A stretch of 64,000 bases of DNA from assembly GCA_964434885.1 (NCBI GenBank), contig CAYSWQ010000003.1:6882-70881 (forward strand), written 5' to 3'. The notes under the pieces were generated by a model, which saw only the letters and a program-made list of their open reading frames with translations, did no database searches and had not been told where the DNA came from. Shown here one piece after another: positions 16,273-26,236 of the stretch; positions within the stretch are counted from its first letter, which is position 1; each line of letters begins with the position of its first letter. Made by a program: the position numbers and the translations under genes. The stretch comes from an uncultured Methanosarcinales archaeon (lineage in GTDB: Archaea > Nanobdellota > Nanobdellia > Woesearchaeales > GW2011-AR9).

Positions 16273-17073
16273 TTAAGTTGATTGGGTGGCAAAATCTAAA
16301 GCAAAATAATATTTTATGGGCATTAGTTGTTTATTTTTGTAAGCTGAATTTTTGCTTTCTACACAAAAAGCCACTTTTCTAGCTTCGGAATAAAACTTGT
16401 TGGTGCATTCTGAAAATTTCCATTTTGTTAATTTTTTATTTTTAATGTGGTTTTTGATACAGGTTTCTAAGTTTGATTTTTTATTACAAGCAGCCACTAA
16501 ATTGTTGGCAATTTTTCTTAATAAGTTGTATTCTTCTTGTAAATCAAAACCGAGATCAATCTCGAAATCAAGATCATAAGTATAAAGGGCATAATATTTA
16601 TCTGTTTTTGTAGATTTAATTGTTTTTTGATTTGCTTTTCCAAGAATAAAATTCTTTTCTAATTTAAGTGTATTATAATTCTTTTTGGGGCTTTTTTTAT
16701 TTACTCTTTCAGTTAAATCAGTTATAAAATCTTTTGAAAGTGAGGGAGCACAAGAAGCAAAATCTTTTTTCTTATTCCAAACAACATAATGTCTTGTTTG
16801 TGGGCCAATTTTGCCGCAAGGAATTTTATTTATAAATCCTGCGTTTGTGGCTAGTCGATGAATTGAATCTCCAGCTGCTTGTTTAACTAAAAAGTCTGAA
16901 TTGATTAAATCTTGTTCGGCTAAAAAATAATAATTATTAAGAAAATCTATCTGCCAAGTTCCTTTTGGTTCTAAGTTTAAATTAGTTGTTTGGCTGAAAT
17001 AAAAAAATACACCCAAAGCTATAAAAAATCCAAAAACAATGATCCAATGAAAAATTAATGCTTTTTTGTTCAT
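16273..17073 (-). CDS. class III signal-peptide (type IV pilin-like) protein
   Basis: MNKKA followed by a hydrophobic helix; Cys-containing C-terminal domain. Confidence 0.7.
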   Translation of the reverse strand: MNKKALIFHWIIVFGFFIALGVFFYFSQTTNLNLEPKGTWQIDFLNNYYFLAEQDLINSDFLVKQAAGDSIHRLATNAGFINKIPCGKIGPQTRHYVVWNKKKDFASCAPSLSKDFITDLTERVNKKSPKKNYNTLKLEKNFILGKANQKTIKSTKTDKYYALYTYDLDFEIDLGFDLQEEYNLLRKIANNLVAACNKKSNLETCIKNHIKNKKLTKWKFSECTNKFYSEARKVAFCVESKNSAYKNKQLMPIKYYFALDFATQST

Positions 17074-17076
17074 TTT

Positions 17077-17580
17077 TTAAGTTATCTTAAACCCGGTGGC
17101 TGCTTTGTACCGGGCTTGGCCCTCGCTTGTTTTTTCCTCACCTACAATTGTAACAGAAATGGGTTGTTTTTTTCCAATGATCTCTGCACTGGCATAATTT
17201 GATGTTAACCCTCCCCCAACAACAATTGGATAGTACAATTTTTCACCAGGGTATTTGATGATAATGCCTTTAAAAAAAGGGTCTTTTGAATCTAAAAATA
17301 TTTTCTTTACATTTTTTTCTAAACTTGGTTTCAAAGAAGGATTGTTTTCAGTAGCAACGATTAATTCTGTCAAGGTTAATCCATTTTCAGTCGGAGCTCT
17401 TAAATAATTAAACAAAACTTGTTTGGATCTAATTTCATCTAAATTAGAGATTGATGTCAAGTCATTTTTTTTTAAACTCCCATTCAAAATAATACTTGTA
17501 AAAAAGAAAAAAAATACTAAGAGTATAATAATAGTTAACAAATCAATTGCGTCTCCAAATTGGGCTTTCTTATTTCTCAT
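17077..17580 (-). CDS. class III signal-peptide (type IV pilin-like) protein
   Basis: MRNKKA|QFGDAIDLLTIIILL. Confidence 0.75.
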   Translation of the reverse strand: MRNKKAQFGDAIDLLTIIILLVFFFFFTSIILNGSLKKNDLTSISNLDEIRSKQVLFNYLRAPTENGLTLTELIVATENNPSLKPSLEKNVKKIFLDSKDPFFKGIIIKYPGEKLYYPIVVGGGLTSNYASAEIIGKKQPISVTIVGEEKTSEGQARYKAATGFKIT

Positions 17581-18029
17581 GTTTTTACTTGAACTCCAAC
17601 TTCCAACAAGGCGGGCTGGATTTGGTCTCCTTTTTTTACTAAAATATTTTTGTAGATAGTATAATCTCGGTTATTGAGATAATATTTAGTTGTGGTTATT
17701 TCTTGATTAATATTTGTTAATTTCAAACCAAAATTTGGTTCTTTTTTATCATCCACGGGATAACATTCCCTTAATTTTGTTTCAGTAAATTTTTTGGGAT
17801 CTATAATTCCAGGATAAGTTCGATCTCCTTTTTGATAGGCTAAACAATCAGGAGAATTGATGAATCGATCAATAATGAATGTTGTTTTTATTTGATCGGG
17901 AACGTCGACTACATTTTTTTGAAAATTAAAAATTTGTATAGCGAAGCCGATAATAGCAATTGTAAATACAGTCGATAGAATCATCCAAAAGATAGTTTTT
18001 CTTAGTTCATATTGGGCTTTTTTGTTCAT
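17577..18029 (-). CDS. class III signal-peptide (type IV pilin-like) protein
   Basis: MNKKA|QYELRKTIFWMIL. Confidence 0.75.
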   Translation of the reverse strand: MNKKAQYELRKTIFWMILSTVFTIAIIGFAIQIFNFQKNVVDVPDQIKTTFIIDRFINSPDCLAYQKGDRTYPGIIDPKKFTETKLRECYPVDDKKEPNFGLKLTNINQEITTTKYYLNNRDYTIYKNILVKKGDQIQPALLEVGVQVKT

Positions 18030-18439
18030 TGGTTAACCTCTTTGTCTTTGCATTTACGAATAGTTATGGTTTTGTCTTTTTTTTCTAAACAAAGGGTTTT
18101 TGGTTTTTCTATTGCGCTGTTGGCAAAATAACCCGAAGGTAAATAAAAAGATTTTTGGTTCCTTAGTTTTTCAGATTCCCCTGGTTCAAATACTGAAATT
18201 GTACCTTGTCTCATAACAAAATTGTATTTGCTGATATTATAAGGGTATTGTACTACTGCATCTCCTGGAACACTTACTAAAACATCAATCATCATTTTGA
18301 TATCTTGAGCAGTTCTAATTTTGCTATTATTTTCTGAGGTCGCTAAATTCTTAGCATAGCTAACCAAAATAAAAATAAGAGCCAAAACAGCCAAAACTTC
18401 AAAAATCATTACTAAGATACTGGCAGCTTTTTTGTTCAT
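18026..18439 (-). CDS. class III signal-peptide (type IV pilin-like) protein
   Basis: MNKKA|ASILVMIFEVLAVL. Confidence 0.75.
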   Translation of the reverse strand: MNKKAASILVMIFEVLAVLALIFILVSYAKNLATSENNSKIRTAQDIKMMIDVLVSVPGDAVVQYPYNISKYNFVMRQGTISVFEPGESEKLRNQKSFYLPSGYFANSAIEKPKTLCLEKKDKTITIRKCKDKEVNQ

Positions 18440-18454
18440 TTTGATAAATCTTAA

Positions 18455-19228
18455 TTATTGATTAATTAACCCATATACAGGTAATTGTTTGCCTTTTACC
18501 ATTTTGTAGGTGACTTTAAGTTCATTACATTTTGGATCCAAACAAATAAAAATTTTATTTTCTTTATTTAGTAGATAAATTGCATTTCTACGATAACCTA
18601 AATTAAAGGAAAAAGGAAAATTGTTTAAAGGCAATAGTTGGTGTCCGGCAGAATCTCTTCCGAGGAAAAATCCTCCTTTTAAGGTATATTCTTCTTTGTT
18701 TGTTCCTTCTATTGCCAACCAATCAGTAAAAGGAATAGTTCTCATTTTGGTGATATCTACTCGGAGTTCTTTTTGGGTTCCAAGATTTATTTTTCCGATT
18801 CCTTTGCATTTAGATTTTGTGTATTTGATAATTGGCTTCCAATTTTTTTGTTTATCATAGAATGAAGATACTGATTTGAAAAGACAGATACAGGCCTGTT
18901 CTTTACAATCTTTTGCTTCAGGATTAGACCAAGAAACACACCCTTCTTTTTGATTGGGTAAAGTTAAACTCTTAGCACAAGCTTCTACTTTAGCTGCCCC
19001 TTGACTAAAACCCACAATTGTTGTTTTGTCATCTAAAATTAAATTGGTTATTTCTGTTTGATCTTTGTTTTTTTCAAAAGTTATGATTTTTTTAACAAAT
19101 TTATCAAAACTGTCTTCGGCTTGAGAAGGACCAATAAATTTGGCTACGAACATAATGGTAGGAACAAACACCATGAAAGTTAAAACTATCATTACTAGTG
19201 CTTTGAGGACTAATTGTGCTTTTTTCAT
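18455..19228 (-). CDS. class III signal-peptide (type IV pilin-like) protein
   Basis: Likely start MKKA|QLVLKALVMIVL; 'CKEQACICL' Cys motif. Confidence 0.72.
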   Translation of the reverse strand: MKKAQLVLKALVMIVLTFMVFVPTIMFVAKFIGPSQAEDSFDKFVKKIITFEKNKDQTEITNLILDDKTTIVGFSQGAAKVEACAKSLTLPNQKEGCVSWSNPEAKDCKEQACICLFKSVSSFYDKQKNWKPIIKYTKSKCKGIGKINLGTQKELRVDITKMRTIPFTDWLAIEGTNKEEYTLKGGFFLGRDSAGHQLLPLNNFPFSFNLGYRRNAIYLLNKENKIFICLDPKCNELKVTYKMVKGKQLPVYGLINQ

Positions 19229-19238
19229 TGAATTAAAT

Positions 19239-19550
19239 TTATGTTTGTTTACTCTTTTTAGTATCACAATCTTTGTTAAGTTCGGTTACTTTTGCATCAG
19301 TAGTAGTAGTACTTGGACAACCAGGGAACTCTTTGTTTTTAGTTGTTCCTGCATCACAAGGACATTTATCAAATAAGTCACCAATATTATCATTGTCATA
19401 ATCTCCTAATGCACTAATTTTTTCTCCTAGGTTTCCATAAGCACCTTCTCCGCCTTTCTGGAACCAAATGATTACTAAAGTAACAACAACAACTGCTAAG
19501 ATTGCTAGAACCAATTGTTGCCAAGTCATGGCTTTTTTATTGAATAACAT
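19239..19550 (-). CDS. small pilin-like protein with a Ca-binding TSP3-like motif
   Basis: MLFNKKA|MTWQQLVLAIL, then 'DYDNDNIGDLFDKCPC'. Confidence 0.75.
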   Translation of the reverse strand: MLFNKKAMTWQQLVLAILAVVVVTLVIIWFQKGGEGAYGNLGEKISALGDYDNDNIGDLFDKCPCDAGTTKNKEFPGCPSTTTTDAKVTELNKDCDTKKSKQT

Positions 19551-19569
19551 TTTATCACCATTAATTTTT

Positions 19570-20484
19570 TTATTTTCCTGCAATATCTCCACTAAAACAA
19601 TTTTTTTGTGCGGTTTTCAAATCACTCAAATAAATTGTGCTGGTATCTCTTTCTGTGTAGAGGTTTTTGTAGATATCGGCGGCGGCACTGAGAGATTGTT
19701 GGGTTGCACCAGCCGCTCCACTTCCAGCCAAATATAATCCTGGGCCAGCAAAAATACCACTCTTCAACATAATTACTCCTCCGGCTGCTACGGCCAGGTT
19801 TCCGAAAGCCCGACCTCCTTTTTTGAGAATTGTTTCCCAAGAAACTTTTTTGTTCTTAGCACCAAAACTAATCCCATAAGCATGGTTAGGTTTAATATCT
19901 GCTTGAATAACGACTCTACCTGGACCTCCGTGGCTTTGAAAATATTCTATGTATTTTTTGCCTGCCTTATCATAAGGATTATTAAGAAGATATTTATAAA
20001 AATCATTAAAAGAAATTTGGTCTCCTTTCTCAAAACCATCGGTATTTTTAATAAAAAGAGAATAACATAAAAAACAATCATTTTTTTTACTAAATTCAGG
20101 TAAAACTGTTTTGGTTGCCCCTTCTTCAACTGCTTCTGATGCTAAGTCTTTCTTAAGTATTTCTTCGTATCGACCTTCCCCAAACATCCACCAACATTGA
20201 GCCATGCTATCTGCGATCTGTTTTTTTACTTTTTCTTTATCTTCTTTGATATCTTGATCACAAGTTTTACATAATAAAGGAGAAGTGTGGATGTCTTGGT
20301 TATCTATTTGAATAGTGGTAGTGGTAGCTCTTAAGTTGACACTCCATTGACAAATCTCTTCTGCTTTTTTACAATCATCAGTAGTACTAAAATTAATAAC
20401 TATGGGGGCCAAAACTAGAAAAGAAACAATGGTAATGATTGCCCCAACTAAAAAAGAGGAGGCTTCTACTGCTCGTTTATTCAT
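19570..20484 (-). CDS. class III signal-peptide (type IV pilin-like) protein
   Basis: MNKRA|VEASSFLVGAII; 'IADSMAQCWWMFGEG' and 'CFLC'; Gly/Ala-rich hydrophobic segment near the C-terminus. Confidence 0.75.
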   Translation of the reverse strand: MNKRAVEASSFLVGAIITIVSFLVLAPIVINFSTTDDCKKAEEICQWSVNLRATTTTIQIDNQDIHTSPLLCKTCDQDIKEDKEKVKKQIADSMAQCWWMFGEGRYEEILKKDLASEAVEEGATKTVLPEFSKKNDCFLCYSLFIKNTDGFEKGDQISFNDFYKYLLNNPYDKAGKKYIEYFQSHGGPGRVVIQADIKPNHAYGISFGAKNKKVSWETILKKGGRAFGNLAVAAGGVIMLKSGIFAGPGLYLAGSGAAGATQQSLSAAADIYKNLYTERDTSTIYLSDLKTAQKNCFSGDIAGK

Positions 20485-20597
20485 CTATCTAACCTCTTAA
20501 TTATAATTAAAGAAGTAGCATATAAAAAACTTGTGTTTGATTTTAATAATTGCATAATCTTTAAATATTATTATTTATCAGTAGTTATTGATTTAAG

Positions 20598-21512
20598 ATG
20601 AAATTTTGGTTCAAAAAAATGTTTCCTTACTTAGCAGCGGGAATAATGGTGGTAAGTAGCTGTAAGAAGGAAGAAGACGATAAAAATGTACTTCAATCAT
20701 TAGATAAAATAGTACAAGAAGAAGCTCTAACTCCTGTGCCTTGGCATTTTCATAAAAAAATAACTAAATACATGGTTCGAGAAATTAATAAAGATGAATC
20801 AAGGGAATGTATCTTGACCGAATATGTTAAAGAAGATTTGGATCGAAGATCAGAAGAGTTAATTTATGTTTTGAAGAAAGTCCCCAAAGTGGGAGATGGT
20901 TTAGGTGATTTTTTTTCTAGTACAAAAAAAATGTTAATTGATTATCCTCAACACATAACCACTCAACTAGAAAAAAAAGGGGTGCTCAAAGATACTTGTC
21001 CAGCATTGGTGACTTGGCAAGGTGATCCTCTTATCTGGAATATCTCTCCTAGTTTGTCATTAAGAATATATCGGTGTATGAAAGAAGTTCCAGTAGAAAA
21101 GTGTACAGATGGCATAGACAATGATTGTGATGGAGAAGAAGATTTTGGAGATAGTGATTGTCATAAAACCTCTCCAAAAATACAAGAACCCAAATGCAAT
21201 TATTCTGTTTTTATGTCAAAATCAAAAAAAAGAATTAGTCAATATTTAGGAATTTTTCCTAGCCAAATTACTTTTGAAAAAGGCGAATTTAGACCAGGAA
21301 AAGGGGTTTCGGTAGCAATATCTACACCTAATGGGGATGCTTTATTTGGAAAAATTCTGCCGATTTTAGAAAAAAAATTAGGTAGGGGATCTGGTCGAAT
21401 TGTAAAAATGTGGAGCCATATTGATGGGGGCCCAATGGCTAATGGGTGTTATGTCAATCTGCAAAGATATGATCGCTTGGTGAGAATCCAGGTTTTTTCA
21501 GATATTTATTAA
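20598..21512 (+). CDS. putative lipoprotein with a Cys/Asp metal-binding repeat
   Basis: Lipobox-like 'GIMVVSS|CKK'; 'EKCTDGIDNDCDGEEDFGDSDC' motif. Oriented opposite to the pilin cluster. Confidence 0.6.
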   Translation: MKFWFKKMFPYLAAGIMVVSSCKKEEDDKNVLQSLDKIVQEEALTPVPWHFHKKITKYMVREINKDESRECILTEYVKEDLDRRSEELIYVLKKVPKVGDGLGDFFSSTKKMLIDYPQHITTQLEKKGVLKDTCPALVTWQGDPLIWNISPSLSLRIYRCMKEVPVEKCTDGIDNDCDGEEDFGDSDCHKTSPKIQEPKCNYSVFMSKSKKRISQYLGIFPSQITFEKGEFRPGKGVSVAISTPNGDALFGKILPILEKKLGRGSGRIVKMWSHIDGGPMANGCYVNLQRYDRLVRIQVFSDIY

Positions 21513-22882
21513 CTTGCTTCCCAACGGTATTTTTTAGTTGATATTTCTCGACAAGTTACTGTAATTTTTCGTATTGGGTTTTCCGATCCAGCAAAATAAT
21601 TATTCAATTCTAATTTTTTTCCTTTAGATAACTCATTACATTCATACCAATAGCGATCCGGTCCACAAACCAAAGGATAATTATCAGAAATGTGCCATTG
21701 AAAATCTTTCTCCCAAAAATTTTTAGCTAAATTCTTTTGATCTGCAGTGTCAGCTGGAATGCTGCGAATGGTTTCAACTATTCTCTTTTTACCAAGCCCT
21801 TGTAGTGGTCGGAAGAGTTTCCAATCAGAACGAGAAATAAGACTGCCAATCTTTGCTTCTCCAGTAGCACAATGTTTTTGTGAAGTATCTGTTGCTAACA
21901 AGGCACACCCTTTGAGTTGACTGGGTGTTAATTTATTGCACTGGCTTTGATAAGTATGACAGGCTAAACCACCAGGACATTTTCCTCTAATAGGTAATTT
22001 TTTTGGATTTTCACCATCTCCCATTAATTCTACCCACCAATATTTTTTCCACTCTCCTTCTTTTCCACAAAGTTTTAGATTTCCAGTAGATACTTGATAA
22101 CCAATTGAATTCTTAGTATTTTGGTCGTCCCCTAAATAATTATTGTTTAAGCCATCTTCTGTATTCCCTCTTTTAACAGAAGGGAAAAAACAAATAGATC
22201 TATCTTTTGATAAATAAAGCCAACCCCCATCTTCTAAACCAGAAGTTTTTTTCTCTGTTTTTCCATCTTTGGTGATGGGATAATCAATCCGATTATGATT
22301 AAAACCCAAAGTTGGAGCCGAATAATACAAGCTTAACCAACCAACATTCTGATGATATTTTGAAGGATTTGGTTTCTTATTGGTAGCTAGATATTTAAAA
22401 TAAAAATTAGCAGAAATTGGGTTGTTCTGATCATCTTCTCCAGCAATGACACAGGGTTTAAATCCTTTGATATCTTTATTTAATTTTTTAGTTAATTCGA
22501 TATCAATTTGTTTACCACCTAAACTTTCAATCCCAATAGAATCTTTAGATAATGAAATTACTGTACCTTTTTCTTGTAAAATTGGTAATCCTGAACGACT
22601 ATAATCTTTAACTCGATAATTCATAAAACATTCTGTTCTCTTACTTTCAAGCATACTTTTGATGGTGGAGACTAATTTAGTAATTGCTTTGTTGTGTTCT
22701 ACTGGAACTTGAACTTTTTTTCCGGCAATCTTATCTTTGCCTACTTCAAAATCAGGAACATATCCCTTTAATCCTTCTTTTATCCCACTCAAATCATCAA
22801 AACCCCCCGACATCCAGATTAAAGAAAGAACGAGAGCTACTGAAGCAATAATCATAATGGTTAATGTTCGGGAAGCAACCAT
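21509..22882 (-). CDS. membrane-anchored Cys-rich exported protein (minor pilin/adhesin-like)
   Basis: N-terminal hydrophobic helix and a Cys-rich C-terminal domain; translationally coupled within the pilin operon. Confidence 0.6.
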   Translation of the reverse strand: MVASRTLTIMIIASVALVLSLIWMSGGFDDLSGIKEGLKGYVPDFEVGKDKIAGKKVQVPVEHNKAITKLVSTIKSMLESKRTECFMNYRVKDYSRSGLPILQEKGTVISLSKDSIGIESLGGKQIDIELTKKLNKDIKGFKPCVIAGEDDQNNPISANFYFKYLATNKKPNPSKYHQNVGWLSLYYSAPTLGFNHNRIDYPITKDGKTEKKTSGLEDGGWLYLSKDRSICFFPSVKRGNTEDGLNNNYLGDDQNTKNSIGYQVSTGNLKLCGKEGEWKKYWWVELMGDGENPKKLPIRGKCPGGLACHTYQSQCNKLTPSQLKGCALLATDTSQKHCATGEAKIGSLISRSDWKLFRPLQGLGKKRIVETIRSIPADTADQKNLAKNFWEKDFQWHISDNYPLVCGPDRYWYECNELSKGKKLELNNYFAGSENPIRKITVTCREISTKKYRWEAS

Positions 22883-23025
22883 TATCTATTTCCTCCAAAC
22901 TTAGAAAGCAAGCCTTGAAGAAAACTACCTAAATCATTATACCAAATAACTACTAAGATTAACAAAACAATTGCTAAAATCATTAAAACTAAAATCCACA
23001 TTTCCATTCCTTTTTTTCCTTTCAT
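22882..23025 (-). CDS. 47-aa mini pilin-like protein
   Basis: Not in the ORF track. MKGKKG|MEMWILVLMILAIVLLILVVIWYNDLGSFLQGLLSKFGGNR; overlaps both neighbours. Confidence 0.8.
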   Translation of the reverse strand: MKGKKGMEMWILVLMILAIVLLILVVIWYNDLGSFLQGLLSKFGGNR

Positions 23026-23168
23026 GGCAATAACCTTCCTCTTAGTTTAAAGATGTAGAATAACAAAGCCAAACCCATAATCACAACCAAAATAATTACC
23101 ACGAGGTAAGTGGTGCTAATGTGTTGGGCCTTGTGGTTGTTAAAAAGAGACTTTAATTGAGTAAACAT
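23022..23168 (-). CDS. 48-aa mini pilin-like protein
   Basis: Not in the ORF track. MFTQLKSLFNNHKA|QHISTTYLVVIILVVIMGLALLFYIFKLRGRLLP; ATGA overlap with the next gene. Confidence 0.75.
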   Translation of the reverse strand: MFTQLKSLFNNHKAQHISTTYLVVIILVVIMGLALLFYIFKLRGRLLP

Positions 23169-23171
23169 TTT

Positions 23172-23489
23172 TCATGTTTTTTTCTTAATGCCCAGACAGC
23201 AAACTGACTTTTTGGTTGTGTCGGTAGAAGGTTTACAAGTGAAAGCAGACGAAAAACGGCATTCGGAAAAACCTACCCCTGCTCCACTACCACAAGCAGC
23301 ACTACATGCTTTACTGGCAGTGTTTGTTCCTTGGGTTGTGCAAAAACCACCTTTACTTTCACAATTAAGTAATCCAGATTCTAAAGTGCCAGTTTTCCCA
23401 GTGAAAATTAAAAGCAAGATTACTAAAACCACCAAAGCAATAATGGCAGTAATAACAATCCAAAAAGTGTTACCTTGGGCTTTCTTCAT
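23172..23489 (-). CDS. type IV pilin-like protein
   Basis: MKKA|QGNTFWIVITAIIALVVLVILLLIFTG; Cys-rich head ('CESKGGFC', 'CCL'). Confidence 0.8.
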   Translation of the reverse strand: MKKAQGNTFWIVITAIIALVVLVILLLIFTGKTGTLESGLLNCESKGGFCTTQGTNTASKACSAACGSGAGVGFSECRFSSAFTCKPSTDTTKKSVCCLGIKKKT

Positions 23490-23490
23490 T

Positions 23491-23841
23491 TTATTTCCAC
23501 GCGCAAGTAGCACTTAAACAATTAGTTTGAGTGGAATAAGCCTTACATCTCGATATTTCTTGTTTAAGTGTGCTAGCAGCAGTATCTTTAGCTGTGTCTG
23601 TCTTTGCTGCACCCATGGCTGTTCTAAACGCATTTTCTTTAGATGTGGTTGGATGACAACTCCCATAATTTATTTTTAATTTAATTAATTCAGCATCACC
23701 AGCTTGACTTACACCAGTCTTAAAAATTCCAATTCTACCTGTAAAAATCATTACTAAAAGCACCAAAACAATTAAAGCGATAGCCGCCACAATTATTACA
23801 TTTAAAGAAAGACCTTGTCCTTTTTTATTAAATCTCATCAT
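23491..23841 (-). CDS. type IV pilin-like protein, candidate major pilin
   Basis: MMRFNKKG|QGLSLNVIIVAAIALIVLVLLVMIFTG; GAGGTG SD and its own upstream AT-rich promoter region. Confidence 0.82.
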   Translation of the reverse strand: MMRFNKKGQGLSLNVIIVAAIALIVLVLLVMIFTGRIGIFKTGVSQAGDAELIKLKINYGSCHPTTSKENAFRTAMGAAKTDTAKDTAASTLKQEISRCKAYSTQTNCLSATCAWK

Positions 23842-23988
23842 CTTCACCTCAATACAAATATATCTTTCTAAAAAAGAATTAATCTATATAAATCTTACCT
23901 TTCGTTTAAGTTTATTTAAGAGAAAGAAGGTAAAAATATATTTAATACTTGTTGTCTAATTTTTTAAACTATGTTTTTAATATTGCTA

Positions 23989-24531
23989 TTAATCACACAA
24001 TTTAAGAATGCTGATTACTTGTCCAGCGTTAGTGGGGAGAGGAAATGCGCCAGAAGAATCTGTGTCTTTCTTGCGACAACCGCGCCCACCTTCGTCTATT
24101 AAATAAATTAATTCAATTTCGTTTTGGTTTTGTAATAAGTAAGATTTAAATTCATATCTTTTGTTGAGTTTTCCTTTTCCAAGAGTTTTATTTAACAAAG
24201 CCCCAATAGTTTTGTTTAAAAAATCACAAGAATGTAAATTATTACATTGATATTCGGAATTTGTGTTTTTGTATAACGCACAATCTTCTAATAACTCATT
24301 TTGAATAAACAAAGGTTCTTTAATGAAATTTCCATAATAATCTTGGTGTTCACAAAGGGCACTGGTTTTCATTAATGCCCCCATCGCACTAGATGCTAAA
24401 AACTCTCGGGCAATTACTTTTTTAGTAGTATCTTCAACTAAAGAAAATTTAGCCATAAACAAAATTCCAAGAGTAGCCAAAATAACAATAATTACTAAGC
24501 CAATTAATTCTATTTGTCCTTTGGAATTCAT
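23989..24531 (-). CDS. class III signal-peptide (type IV pilin-like) protein
   Basis: MNSKG|QIELIGLVIIVIL. Confidence 0.8.
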   Translation of the reverse strand: MNSKGQIELIGLVIIVILATLGILFMAKFSLVEDTTKKVIAREFLASSAMGALMKTSALCEHQDYYGNFIKEPLFIQNELLEDCALYKNTNSEYQCNNLHSCDFLNKTIGALLNKTLGKGKLNKRYEFKSYLLQNQNEIELIYLIDEGGRGCRKKDTDSSGAFPLPTNAGQVISILKLCD

Positions 24532-25058
24532 GAAAAAACCTCCACAGTTAACATTCCAAATTTATATTCTCCTTGTTTTTCTTTGCCTTTGACAGAATCT
24601 TTTAAAGTTAATAAGAAATGGGTTGATTCTTTTTGTTTGCTACCAACCAAGGTACCATTAGCTAATTTTACTTTTTTTGGTTTATTATATAATACCCAGC
24701 TCTCATTCCCAGGATAAATTTCTGAAACAGTAATTTTAGTGAATGGAAATAAATCAAAATAATAGTCTCCAAAATTGTTTTTAAATGTTTTTTGTGCTTG
24801 TTTAACTTTCAGAAGATCTAAACAATAGAGTTCTGGTTCTGCTTCTCCACGACTACAAATTAATTCTGGGAGAAAAATAGTTTTAGAAGTTATCTCGACT
24901 GCTTTTTTGCCCATTTTTTCGGCTTGTTTCTCTTGAAAAGCCACTTCACTATATTTAGTGTAAAAAATAATTCCAAAAAGAATTAAGACAAAGAAAATAA
25001 ACATAACTCCAATTGTTTCCATCATCCTCATTTGAGCTTTTTTTGTCTTGTATTTCAT
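24528..25058 (-). CDS. class III signal-peptide (type IV pilin-like) protein
   Basis: KKA|QMRMMETIGVMFIFFVLILFG; 'LPELICS'. Confidence 0.8.
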   Translation of the reverse strand: MKYKTKKAQMRMMETIGVMFIFFVLILFGIIFYTKYSEVAFQEKQAEKMGKKAVEITSKTIFLPELICSRGEAEPELYCLDLLKVKQAQKTFKNNFGDYYFDLFPFTKITVSEIYPGNESWVLYNKPKKVKLANGTLVGSKQKESTHFLLTLKDSVKGKEKQGEYKFGMLTVEVFS

Positions 25059-25083
25059 TTTAGTATTTTAGTTTAAGGTTTAG

Positions 25084-26235
25084 TTAATACAATTGGATAC
25101 AACTTTTTGATTGTAATTCTTTGTTTAATCTTTTCAACTCTTGGGCTGGTTTTAAAACATCTGAACAAGTGGAATAACCACTAACAATACAAGTTGAGGT
25201 GGCACCTTTAATTCTTTGTAATATATTTTGTATGTTGGTGGTTTTCTGTTTGTGTAAAATTAGTTGGCATTCATTTTTATTCTCGGCTGTTGGTTTTTGA
25301 TAATAACTCAAAATCTCTTTTAATTTTCCTCCCACTGAACCAGTGGTCCCACCATAAATTTCATTTAAATATTGCATTCTACGAAAAACTTTCATCATAT
25401 TGCATTGATAGCTTTTCCCATTCTCAGAAAAAATAGCGGCGAATTTAGCAGAATCTGGTTGGTCTCCAAGAGAAATTATTTTAGTAGTATCAATTTTTTC
25501 CCAGAACCGACCTTTCTTTTGATAATAAGTTGCAGTAATCCCTCCAACAAAACTAACAGCAGTAACTTGGGAATCTGCTAGTTTGATTAGTGGAGTGGGA
25601 ACTAATCCTTTATCTTGAATATATGTTCCAACTAAATCAACAATTCTTATTTGGTTAGTTTTTCCAGGAACTAATGTAGTTAAATCTTTAACAAATTCAA
25701 CATTGAAAAAATTTTGAGAAGTTTTCTTTTCTGATTTAATGGCTTTTTCTAATCTATTCCAAAAAGGGCTGGAACTACCCACTACAAAATATTTGTTATT
25801 ACTTGAACTAACAATTAATAAATCCATTATTTTATATGGGAAGTGATACGGTAAAGACCACAACAACAATTTAGTAGTTTGAATATTTTTAGGAGCAAAA
25901 ATAGGTTGTAATTTGGTTGATTTGGAGTTTCTTCCTTTAATTCCAAAGTTAGAAATTCCTTCTTCACATTTGAATTCAAAAACATAATTGGAGAGACCGC
26001 TTGTTTTAATGGAACTCATTGTCTTTTCAGAAACAGAAGCCCCGATTAAGATTGATTCTAAAACATCAACAACATCTCTTTGGAGATCTTCTTCAGCAGC
26101 AGATTTTTGTTTAACAACAATCCCGACAAAAAACATTAAAATTACTGCCCCAGCAATTAAAATATAAACCCAATTAAAAGCAACTTGAACTTGAGCAGAT
26201 TTAGATAACTGAAAAAGATTTTGTTTTGATGACAT
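25084..26235 (-). CDS. class III signal-peptide (type IV pilin-like) protein
   Basis: SKSA|QVQVAFNWVYILIAGAVILMFF. Confidence 0.78.
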   Translation of the reverse strand: MSSKQNLFQLSKSAQVQVAFNWVYILIAGAVILMFFVGIVVKQKSAAEEDLQRDVVDVLESILIGASVSEKTMSSIKTSGLSNYVFEFKCEEGISNFGIKGRNSKSTKLQPIFAPKNIQTTKLLLWSLPYHFPYKIMDLLIVSSSNNKYFVVGSSSPFWNRLEKAIKSEKKTSQNFFNVEFVKDLTTLVPGKTNQIRIVDLVGTYIQDKGLVPTPLIKLADSQVTAVSFVGGITATYYQKKGRFWEKIDTTKIISLGDQPDSAKFAAIFSENGKSYQCNMMKVFRRMQYLNEIYGGTTGSVGGKLKEILSYYQKPTAENKNECQLILHKQKTTNIQNILQRIKGATSTCIVSGYSTCSDVLKPAQELKRLNKELQSKSCIQLY

Positions 26236-26236
26236 T

